Virus record (IMG/VR): IMGVR_UViG_3300021431_000081
Location: 1-64,000 of that record
Strand: one strand, 5' to 3'
Length of the DNA stretch: 64,000 nucleotides
Source: a virus
Taxonomy: Duplodnaviria; Caudoviricetes
Part shown: positions 9,734 through 18,462 of the stretch, one piece after another
How positions within the stretch are numbered: the first letter of the stretch is position 1
Layout of the letters: each line of letters begins with the position of its first letter
Position numbers and translations under genes: made by a program
The notes under the pieces: generated by a model
The model's database searches: none
Told to the model about the DNA's origin: nothing
What the model saw: the letters and a program-made list of their open reading frames with translations, nothing else

Positions 9734-10400
9734 AATTAAATATACTGGAACTACTTTGACAACGAATAATACGATAGGTGGGATTTCTAATATGATAAGT
9801 GGTATTTCTAATGCTATGGAACCCGTGACTTTAAGTGCTTCCACATTTACAACAGATCAATGGTTTCAAACCGTAAAAGATTTTGAAAATTGTTTTACGA
9901 AGAAAAATGATGTATTATTTAGTATAGATATTTCATTTGGTCCTTTAATTAAAAGTATCAATGTACTAGTTCCTAATAAAGTTATGGAAGTAGAGATTGC
10001 TAATGGTGATATAAATTATCCGTCTTTCATTCCACGTCCGAAATCTGGTAAATATAAGATGGTAGTGCGAGAGCCTGATCAGTTTGATATGAGATATGGC
10101 TGTGCATTAGGTATCGCTAAAGCGATATACGGGAAGGTCTACATGCATGAATATCTTGAATCAAAAGTTCCTGAGATTCTTGGCATGAAATACTTTGTCA
10201 AAGAGATTGATAAAGCAATTAAAGAATATAATAAGAAATTAAAAGAAGCTGAAAAGATTGCAAAACAGGACGAAGAGCGTAAAACCATTATTGCCAGACG
10301 TAAAGAGAAGAATAAGCAACGTAAGACGAAGAAACTTGAGAAAGAACGTCAGGAAAAAATTGATATGATCGCAGAAGCAATTAAAAGATCAGGAGAATAA
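9726..10400 (+). CDS. hypothetical protein with basic coiled-coil C-terminus
   Basis: ORF with a GAGG RBS and a Lys/Glu-rich tail. Confidence 0.7.
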   Translation: MNEIKYTGTTLTTNNTIGGISNMISGISNAMEPVTLSASTFTTDQWFQTVKDFENCFTKKNDVLFSIDISFGPLIKSINVLVPNKVMEVEIANGDINYPSFIPRPKSGKYKMVVREPDQFDMRYGCALGIAKAIYGKVYMHEYLESKVPEILGMKYFVKEIDKAIKEYNKKLKEAEKIAKQDEERKTIIARRKEKNKQRKTKKLEKERQEKIDMIAEAIKRSGE

Positions 10401-10402
10401 CT

Positions 10403-11443
10403 ATGGCGAATAAGAGGAAACTGGCATCAATACAGTATGTTCATGATGTAACTCCAATTGAGGGTGCTGATAAAATCGAATGTGTTCATGTACTTGGTTG
10501 GCAGGTTGTTTGTCAGAAAGATCAGTTTCATGTCGGTGACTGGTGTGTATATTTTGAAGTAGATAGCTTCTTACCTATTGATGAGCGGTTTGAATTTCTG
10601 CGTAACAGCAGTTATAAGAAAACAGATCTGATGGGTGAGGGATTCAGACTTAAGACTGTAAGGCTTAGAGGGCAGATCTCACAGGGTTTAATCATGCCTT
10701 TAAGTATCCTTCCCATTGGTAAATATAATCTGGGAGACGATGTTACAGATATCCTTGGGGTGAAGAAGTGGGAAGTTGAGGAATATACTTCTGCAGCGGG
10801 TACTGTTATTGGTGAGTTTCCTTCTCACCTTTTCCCCAAAACGGATGAATTAAGGGTGCAGAGTTATCCTGAATTGATTGATGAGTTCAAGAAAGCGGGA
10901 GCGTATTATATTACCACTAAGATGGATGGCTCATCTGTTACCATGTACAACTATGAAGGACATGATGGAATCTGTAGCCGTAACAATGAACTGGCAGATG
11001 ATGATAAATGCGCTATGTGGAAATACGCACACGAACATCGGATTTTTGAGAAGATGAAAGAAATTGGTCTTGTCAACTTTGCAATTCAAGGCGAATGGTG
11101 TGGTCCCGGCATTCAGAAAAATAGGCTCAATCTTAAACGTCCTGAGTGGTATGTATTCACTATAATTGATATTCAAACTGGAAAACGAGTGGATTTAGCT
11201 GTTATGGAACGCATTTGTCTTGAATTAGGTATACGGACAGTTCCCTGTGAAGAAGTCAAGCAGGATTTTGAATACAGTTCTGTTGATGAATTACTGGAAC
11301 GTGCAAAGGGCAAATATCCCTCTGGACAGCAGAAAGAAGGAATCGTGATTCGTCCAATTACCAACAATGTTTGGTCAGATACAATCAATGGATGGCTCAG
11401 TATGAAAGTGCTAAACAATGATTATCTGGTGAAGGAGAAATAA
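10403..11443 (+). CDS. ATP-dependent RNA ligase, DRB0094/Rnl5-like with N-terminal OB fold
   Basis: PIEGADKIE...GWQVV...YFEVDS and LRGQISQG, then ligase motifs TKMDGSS, QGEWCG, EGIV and MKVLN. Confidence 0.9.
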   Translation: MANKRKLASIQYVHDVTPIEGADKIECVHVLGWQVVCQKDQFHVGDWCVYFEVDSFLPIDERFEFLRNSSYKKTDLMGEGFRLKTVRLRGQISQGLIMPLSILPIGKYNLGDDVTDILGVKKWEVEEYTSAAGTVIGEFPSHLFPKTDELRVQSYPELIDEFKKAGAYYITTKMDGSSVTMYNYEGHDGICSRNNELADDDKCAMWKYAHEHRIFEKMKEIGLVNFAIQGEWCGPGIQKNRLNLKRPEWYVFTIIDIQTGKRVDLAVMERICLELGIRTVPCEEVKQDFEYSSVDELLERAKGKYPSGQQKEGIVIRPITNNVWSDTINGWLSMKVLNNDYLVKEK

Positions 11444-11448
11444 AGACA

Positions 11449-11742
11449 ATGAAGAAAAAAGTTATCACTTACATTTCGGTGGCATTTGTGGCAATCATTA
11501 TTTCAGCCGTTCTCACATTAAGATTTTCAGCTAGTTTCCAAAGAGAAATAAAGGACTGGCAATCTGATGTCTCAGGTGGTCTTAATCGTACAGTAAAAGT
11601 ATATTCTAATGACGGAACTGAAATCGGATCATGGCATGGTAAGATTGATGTTGATGTAAATGAAGGTGGTCGAATTAAGTTTGACCTTGATGGTAAAAGA
11701 ACAATTGTAATTGGTGGGACTGTTATTATTCAGGAGGAATGA
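11449..11742 (+). CDS. small membrane-anchored protein
   Basis: N-terminal TM/signal helix followed by GGLNRTVKVY...GKID. Confidence 0.7.
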   Translation: MKKKVITYISVAFVAIIISAVLTLRFSASFQREIKDWQSDVSGGLNRTVKVYSNDGTEIGSWHGKIDVDVNEGGRIKFDLDGKRTIVIGGTVIIQEE

Positions 11743-11743
11743 T

Positions 11744-12232
11744 ATGAAATATACTATTCGTGATGGTGTATGGGAAACGAATAGTTCATCTGTTCATTCG
11801 ATGGTTGTTAAGAATACGGGCTTAAGGAATTGTCGCCTTAAGCCCAGAGCAGATGGATATATTCATGTGCCACTTCATTATTATGGATTGGAAGAAAAAT
11901 ACTATTGGACACAAAAAGAGAAGCTTGCATATTTACTGACTTGTGTAGCATATATGGCAAGCTGCGGTAATGGTACTGCTGATTATGACAGGTATTATGA
12001 TGATTACCATTATCAGTATGTAAATGATGCTGTAAGACATTATCTGGAAGAGCATGATAAACGTTATGATGTATTAGGTGTAAAAGTTGATAAATTAGAA
12101 GATGCAGAACTGGATCATCAATCTATTCCTGAGTTTGGAGAATTTCCAATTGCTGTTAGTATTTGGAATGAAGAGAGTATTCAGAACTTTATCTTTAATA
12201 GTTATGTGGGATTAAAGACAGAATGTGATTAA
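11744..12232 (+). CDS. ETNSSS-motif protein, paralogue 1
   Basis: Starts MKYTIRDGVWETNSSSVHSM after an AGGAGG RBS; contains EKLAY and LDHQS. Confidence 0.85.
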   Translation: MKYTIRDGVWETNSSSVHSMVVKNTGLRNCRLKPRADGYIHVPLHYYGLEEKYYWTQKEKLAYLLTCVAYMASCGNGTADYDRYYDDYHYQYVNDAVRHYLEEHDKRYDVLGVKVDKLEDAELDHQSIPEFGEFPIAVSIWNEESIQNFIFNSYVGLKTECD

Positions 12233-12241
12233 GGAGTAATT

Positions 12242-12994
12242 ATGAAATATACGATGCGTGAAGGGTGTTGGGAGACAAACAGTAGTTCAATGCATTCCAT
12301 GGCAATTATGAAGAATACTGGACAATACACCCTTGAAGAAATGATGAATGATATTTATATTACATCTAAAGGTGTATGGAATCTATATAATGATGATTTA
12401 GATTTTGGTCGTTGGCCTTTTGCTATTTTAAGTACTTTTGCTGAAAAAGTAAGATATGCTATTGCCAGTTTTGCAGGAAGTTACAGACCATATAATGAGG
12501 GCTGTAAATTTATTGATGATACTCTTTATCCTATTTTAAAAAAGTATATTCCCGGTTTCAAAAAGATACATTTTCCATCTTGTTGGAAACCCATTTATAG
12601 GGATCAGGATGGTAACGATCTTGAACCAGATGATGTTCATTATCATGATTTCGAAGATGGCGATTATTCTTATGGCTATGAGCAGGATGGGAAATGGTAT
12701 CATGCCGTTGAATCTGATGACGAATGGGAACTATTTTATTTTGGTGAAGTAGATCATCAGAGTTGTACTTTGTTACAGAGTTTCTTAAAACATGAAAAGA
12801 TCTCATTAGAGGATTTCCTCATTAACCGTCAGTATATTGTAATCATTGATGGTGATGAATATTGTGCTTGGGATAAGTATTTAAAATCTGGAATTATTGA
12901 TCGTAGTAAAATTGATCATGAATATCCAAAGATCACAATGCCTATGGACGAATATATTTATATGGAGGAACATGCTAATGAAGAAAACAATTAG
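12242..12994 (+). CDS. ETNSSS-motif protein, paralogue 2
   Basis: Starts MKYTMREGCWETNSSSMHSM; contains EKVRY and VDHQS; AAGGAG RBS. Confidence 0.85.
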   Translation: MKYTMREGCWETNSSSMHSMAIMKNTGQYTLEEMMNDIYITSKGVWNLYNDDLDFGRWPFAILSTFAEKVRYAIASFAGSYRPYNEGCKFIDDTLYPILKKYIPGFKKIHFPSCWKPIYRDQDGNDLEPDDVHYHDFEDGDYSYGYEQDGKWYHAVESDDEWELFYFGEVDHQSCTLLQSFLKHEKISLEDFLINRQYIVIIDGDEYCAWDKYLKSGIIDRSKIDHEYPKITMPMDEYIYMEEHANEENN

Positions 12995-13265
12995 ATTTGG
13001 TGTTTGGGAAACAAATTCCTCTTCTGTACACAATTTCTGTATCTGCACAGAAGAAGAGTTCAAGAAATGGGAAGACGGCGAACTGTTTTATGATGACACT
13101 GCAGAAGAATTGACAAACAAAGAAGTTAATCATTGGGATGAAGATAATTATAAGTACGACCAATGGTTTAATGAAAAGAATGACTGGTTTCATGTTTATG
13201 ATCATCATTTCACAACCCCATCAGGGGATCAGATGGTAATTTTTGGCTACTATGGACAAGAGTAA
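12978..13265 (+). CDS. ETNSSS-motif protein, paralogue 3 (short form)
   Basis: Starts MKKTIRFGVWETNSSSVHNF after a GGAGG RBS; C-terminus FTTPSGDQMVIFGYYG. Confidence 0.85.
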   Translation: MKKTIRFGVWETNSSSVHNFCICTEEEFKKWEDGELFYDDTAEELTNKEVNHWDEDNYKYDQWFNEKNDWFHVYDHHFTTPSGDQMVIFGYYGQE

Positions 13266-13281
13266 GGAGAATATGTAGACA

Positions 13282-14211
13282 ATGAAAATTAAGATTGCTG
13301 AATATGATAATGGTAATGTTCATGTTATTCGCTTTGACGATGGTACGGTAATTCGTTTTTCAGAGGACGATGAATTTGATTTTGCATATCCAGAAAACAT
13401 GGATGTTAAGATCTGTGATCGTTGTGATATGGGGTGTGTAATGTGTCATGAGGGCAGTACATCTGACGGCAAACTGGGAGATATTATGAACGCTGCCTGG
13501 GTAGATACGGTTCATCCCTTTACAGAGATGGCATTAGGTGGTGGTAATATATTTGAACATCCCGATTTGGTTCCATTCCTTAAGAAATTACAGGATAAGA
13601 AAGTATTCGCCAATGTTACCGTCAATCAGGTTCACTTTCTTAAGAATCAGGATCTGCTTTTAGATTTAAGTAGGAAAAAACTAATCTGGGGTATTGGCGT
13701 ATCCCTCGTAAAACCCACAGAAGAGTTATTTACCGCTTTGAAGAAATTTCCGAATGCCGTCATTCATGTGATCGCAGGTATTCTGGATGATCATGACCTG
13801 CAAATTCTTATGGATCATGGTCAGGATATCAAAGTCCTGATACTTGGATATAAGAAACTTCGCAGAGGTAATAGTTACTATCTGAAAGATAAGAATGAGT
13901 ATCATGGATATGGCACAAGCATTGACTGGAAGATCGGTATGCTTGAAAGATCTTTATACATGATGTTTCAGTATATCCGCATCGTATCATTTGATTGTCT
14001 GGCAATTGAACAGCTACACGTTAAAACTCATGTACCTCCTCAAGTCTGGGATCGCTTTTATCAGGGTGAGGATGGTACAATGACATTCTATATTGATATG
14101 GTAAACGAGCAGTTTGCTGAAAGCAGCACTGCATCATTAAACGAAAGATATTCTGTATTATCATCTGTAGATGAAATGTTCGCTAAAGTGAAGGAGAATA
14201 AGAATGTTTGA
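13282..14211 (+). CDS. radical SAM enzyme
   Basis: CxxxCxxC motif (CDMGCVMCH), ALGGGN motif, NVTVN and GIGVS strands; no evident Cys-rich SPASM extension. Confidence 0.9.
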   Translation: MKIKIAEYDNGNVHVIRFDDGTVIRFSEDDEFDFAYPENMDVKICDRCDMGCVMCHEGSTSDGKLGDIMNAAWVDTVHPFTEMALGGGNIFEHPDLVPFLKKLQDKKVFANVTVNQVHFLKNQDLLLDLSRKKLIWGIGVSLVKPTEELFTALKKFPNAVIHVIAGILDDHDLQILMDHGQDIKVLILGYKKLRRGNSYYLKDKNEYHGYGTSIDWKIGMLERSLYMMFQYIRIVSFDCLAIEQLHVKTHVPPQVWDRFYQGEDGTMTFYIDMVNEQFAESSTASLNERYSVLSSVDEMFAKVKENKNV

Positions 14212-14566
14212 TGAAAAAGTTGCTGTAAATAAACATGGAGTGAATAGCAATATTCACTCCAGAATTCTTTCTGAGGATAAAATGACTGCTGCGGGGTTCC
14301 ATCATCATTCAAAAGATGCCTGGTACTACAGTAAACTCATTGATAAGGACGTTACTTTTAATGTAACGATCAAGGATGATAATTCGGATTTTAGTATTGA
14401 TGTACTGGATGAGGATTGCTTGCAACCATATGATTATCAGGCAATGCTACATTGTAATCCAAATCATGGATTTGCAAAGAAGATTATGGAACAGGTAGAA
14501 CAATGTATGGATAAATTACAAAAGACAGGTATTCTATACGGACATGTTAGAGGAGAGTATATATGA
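14204..14566 (+). CDS. hypothetical protein
   Basis: ORF coupled to neighbours; IDVLDEDCLQPYDYQ motif. Confidence 0.7.
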   Translation: MFDEKVAVNKHGVNSNIHSRILSEDKMTAAGFHHHSKDAWYYSKLIDKDVTFNVTIKDDNSDFSIDVLDEDCLQPYDYQAMLHCNPNHGFAKKIMEQVEQCMDKLQKTGILYGHVRGEYI

Positions 14567-17500
14567 GTTTTTTTGGGATCCATAATCATACAGATAAAGG
14601 TAGTAACTTAAGATTGAGAGATTCTACCAATAAAGTAAATGAATTAATTAAGTATGCATATGACTTAGGACATAAGGGGATCTGTATTACTGATCACGAA
14701 TCCGTGACGGCTCATCTGACGGCCTTAAAGTATTGGAGAACTTTAGGAGATAATGATTTTAAATTAGGATTAGGTAATGAGATCTATCTTTGCCCAGAGT
14801 CTGTTACTGCGGAAAATGTGAAAGACAATGTCTATCCTCATTTTATTCTTGTGGCATTGGATGCCATGGGGCATAAAGGTATCCGTGAGTTAAGTACTAA
14901 AGCATGGATTGATAATTCTTTCATGTCTGTGATGTATAGAGTGCCTACTTATTATTCAGATCTGGATGAGATGATGACAAAATATCAGGGGCATATCATC
15001 GGTTCGACTGCCTGTATTGGCGGTGCAATACCCAGACAGTTGTTGAAGTATAGACAAAATCCATCACAGGATATCTGGAACTCATGCGTTGAATGGATTG
15101 AGATCATGAAAGACATATTTGGTGACGGATATTTCTTCCTTGAACTACAGCCATCTGAATCTGATGAACAGATATATGTCAATCAGCAGCTGATCAAACT
15201 ATCAGAAATAACTAATGTTCCGTACATTATTACCACTGATGCCCATTACTTAAGAAAAGAAGATCGTCCTATTCATAAAGCATTTCTAAATGCACAAGAT
15301 GGTGATCGTGAAGTAGATGAGTTTTATGCTACCACTTATGTGATGTCAGAGGATGAGATCCATGAGTATATGGATAAATATCTGTCTCCCGAAATTGTAC
15401 AGAAGGGGATAGATAACACTATGGTGATATATGACATGATCACTTCATACAGCTTAGAGAAGGATCTGGAATTACCGTATATTCCATTGAATACCAAGAC
15501 GTATGACAGAGCGCTGTATAAAAAATATCTTCCTCATATACCGTTACTTAAACAGGTTGCTGAGTCAGGTTATGAATCTGACGAGCATATGTTAAGAGAG
15601 TTACTGATAAGCATTGAGAAGCATCCTAATTACCAGACAGAAGAAGGTTACGAAGCTGTTAATACATGTTTGGATTATCTATTGAGATCTTCAGACAAGA
15701 ATAAGGTGAGATGGTCTGCTTATTTGATGCAGGAACGTGATTACATTCGGTTTGCTTGGGAGACAGGAAGCCTGGTCGGACCGGGACGAGGATCTGGTGT
15801 AGGATTCTGTCTGTTGTATCTGTTGGATATTACACAGATTGATCCATTACGTGAAACTACTAAGACATTTCCATGGAGGTTCTTGAATCCCGACCGTGTA
15901 AGTGTACTTGATATTGATACGGACGTTGAGGGCAGATTAAGAGATAAGATCATTCAGAAACTGAAGGATGTATACGGTGATGATAAAGTCTCTAAGGTTC
16001 TTACATTGCAGACAGAGAAGAGTAGAAGTGCAATATTAACGGCAGCTAGAGGTATTGGAATTGACAATGATACTGCTTCTTATATTGCATCATTAGTGGT
16101 ATTTGACCGTGGACAGCCCAGAACCTTATCTACTATGTATTACGGTAATGATGATGTACCTGCTTCGCCTGAGTTCGTTCGTGAAATGAATGCTCATCCT
16201 GAATTATGGGAAACCGCTTCTAAGATTGAGGGACTGGTATGCGGATGCGGTCAACATGCAGGTGGTGTAATCATTGCTGATAAGCCATTGACTGATTCTG
16301 CTGCGTTGATGAGAACGAAGTCTGGGGATGTGGTTACACAGTTTGATCTGCATGAGTTAGAGGATATGTCACTTATCAAGATCGACCTATTAGCTATTGA
16401 TGCTTTGGAGAAAATTCATGCAGAACTAAACTTGTTATTGAATGATCATGTTATTGAATGGCAAGGTAGCCTGAAGGATACATACGAAAAATATTTGGGT
16501 GTATATACACTGGAACGTGATGCCAAAGATATGTGGCAATTACTTTGGGATCATAAAGTACTGTCCTTCTTCCAGATGGAAAAAGAGTCTGGTAAAAAAG
16601 CTATTGCATTGTCAAAGCCAGAATCGGTAGACGATCTTGCCACATTGAATTCCGTGATTCGTCTCATGGCACAGGAAAAAGGTGCTGAACAGCCCTTAGA
16701 TAAGTTTGCCAGATTTAAGAATGATATCAATGAATGGTATCGAGAGATGGATGATTATGGATTGACGAAAGATGAGCAGGAGATATTGAAACCATTATTA
16801 TCTACATCCTATGGTATTTGTGAGTCTCAGGAGAAATTTATGAGCCTTGTACAATTGCCAGAATGCGGTGGTTTTGATCTTGAATTTTCTGATAAATTAA
16901 GAAAAAGCATTGCAAAAAAGAATCCTAAAGAATATGAAGAATTAACTGAGGTATATTTTAAAACGATAAAAGAAAAAGGACTTAGTTATAATTTATGCAA
17001 TTATGTGTGGAGAGTTTTAGTAGCCACCTCTCGTGGTTATGCGTTCAACGCATCGCATACCCTCTCGTATTCAATTGTAGGTCTTCAGGAACTGAATCTT
17101 GCTTATAAATATCCTATCATTTATTGGAACGCAGCAAACCTTATTGTGGATTCTGGTTCGATGGATGAGGATAGCAATGATTCGACTAAATATGACAAGA
17201 TGGGTACGGCCATTGCTAATATTCAAAAAGCAGGAGTACACATCGAATTCCCACTGATCAATTCTGCAAATTTTGGTTTTTATCCTGACGTACAAAATGA
17301 TCAAATCATCTTTGGACTGAAAGGCGTTAATGGTATCAATACAGAATTGACACAGATGATTATCAGTAATCGTCCGTATAATTCTATAAACGATTTTGCA
17401 GAAAAGATGTTGGATACTGGTATTATTACTACCAGTAAAATGGTCAAACTGATTAAAGCAGGATGCTTTACTGAATTACATAGTAAGAGTCGTTCTGAAA

Positions 17501-18462
17501 CCATGGAATGGTATTTAAACAATTATGTAGTTAATTCAGTATCAAAACTAAGCATTACTCATGTTAAAAAACTAAATGAAGCAGGTCTGATTCCTGACGC
17601 ATTAAAACAGGCATTAAATGTTTATTTCTTAAAACAATATATGCTTGATGACGAAGGATTGTATCAGCTTTACATTGATCCTGATAAGAAACCTTTGAAG
17701 CGTGGATATCATGATAGATATTATATTCTGGATGATGAAGCGCAGGAACGGTATTATAATTATTTTACAGATGATTGCATTGTAGATGTCGTAAATGAAC
17801 ATTATGTAGTATCTGAAAAGAAGATTGTAAAAGAGAGCGAGACATATTTAAGCGCTTTGAGAGAATGGTTAAATAGTCCAGATACTCTTAACAAGTATAA
17901 TTACTGTTTGTTCTTAGATGCTTGGGAGAAATATGCTACTGGTTCACCTGCTAAGTGGTCCATGGAAGCTTTATGTTACTATGACGGAGATCATGAGTTA
18001 AAAGACGTCAACGAATCCTTATATGGAATTGTTAATTATAATGAACTTCCTGAACAACCAGAAGCTTACGAATGGTATCCCAGATACATTAACGGCGAGA
18101 AAAAAATGATGCCCAAGTATAAGATCAGCAGAATTGCAGGAACTGTTCTTATGGCAGATAACAATCATCATACGGTTGCTTTACTTACTAAATATGGACT
18201 GGTAAACGTTAAGATGAACAAAGGTCATTATAGCTTTTACAGTAAACGGATCTCTGTACCTGATGGAAAAGGTGGTAAGACTGTCATTGAAAATAGTTGG
18301 CTGACACGGGGCAACTTATTGCTTATTAGTGGGATCAGAAGAGACGATCAATTCTGGCCTATGATTTATAATGATACGATTTATAAGCATACTGTTAATC
18401 TTATTAAAAATGTAAATTCTGATGGTTCTCTTACTTTACAGATTGAAAGGACAAAAATATGA
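14563..18462 (+). CDS. dnaE: DNA polymerase III alpha subunit (family C)
   Basis: PHP domain (HNHT, ITDHE, DAHY), GPGRGSG, FLNPDRVSVLDIDTD, HAGGVII, KIDLL and GYAFNASH. Confidence 0.96.
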   Translation: MSFFGIHNHTDKGSNLRLRDSTNKVNELIKYAYDLGHKGICITDHESVTAHLTALKYWRTLGDNDFKLGLGNEIYLCPESVTAENVKDNVYPHFILVALDAMGHKGIRELSTKAWIDNSFMSVMYRVPTYYSDLDEMMTKYQGHIIGSTACIGGAIPRQLLKYRQNPSQDIWNSCVEWIEIMKDIFGDGYFFLELQPSESDEQIYVNQQLIKLSEITNVPYIITTDAHYLRKEDRPIHKAFLNAQDGDREVDEFYATTYVMSEDEIHEYMDKYLSPEIVQKGIDNTMVIYDMITSYSLEKDLELPYIPLNTKTYDRALYKKYLPHIPLLKQVAESGYESDEHMLRELLISIEKHPNYQTEEGYEAVNTCLDYLLRSSDKNKVRWSAYLMQERDYIRFAWETGSLVGPGRGSGVGFCLLYLLDITQIDPLRETTKTFPWRFLNPDRVSVLDIDTDVEGRLRDKIIQKLKDVYGDDKVSKVLTLQTEKSRSAILTAARGIGIDNDTASYIASLVVFDRGQPRTLSTMYYGNDDVPASPEFVREMNAHPELWETASKIEGLVCGCGQHAGGVIIADKPLTDSAALMRTKSGDVVTQFDLHELEDMSLIKIDLLAIDALEKIHAELNLLLNDHVIEWQGSLKDTYEKYLGVYTLERDAKDMWQLLWDHKVLSFFQMEKESGKKAIALSKPESVDDLATLNSVIRLMAQEKGAEQPLDKFARFKNDINEWYREMDDYGLTKDEQEILKPLLSTSYGICESQEKFMSLVQLPECGGFDLEFSDKLRKSIAKKNPKEYEELTEVYFKTIKEKGLSYNLCNYVWRVLVATSRGYAFNASHTLSYSIVGLQELNLAYKYPIIYWNAANLIVDSGSMDEDSNDSTKYDKMGTAIANIQKAGVHIEFPLINSANFGFYPDVQNDQIIFGLKGVNGINTELTQMIISNRPYNSINDFAEKMLDTGIITTSKMVKLIKAGCFTELHSKSRSETMEWYLNNYVVNSVSKLSITHVKKLNEAGLIPDALKQALNVYFLKQYMLDDEGLYQLYIDPDKKPLKRGYHDRYYILDDEAQERYYNYFTDDCIVDVVNEHYVVSEKKIVKESETYLSALREWLNSPDTLNKYNYCLFLDAWEKYATGSPAKWSMEALCYYDGDHELKDVNESLYGIVNYNELPEQPEAYEWYPRYINGEKKMMPKYKISRIAGTVLMADNNHHTVALLTKYGLVNVKMNKGHYSFYSKRISVPDGKGGKTVIENSWLTRGNLLLISGIRRDDQFWPMIYNDTIYKHTVNLIKNVNSDGSLTLQIERTKI

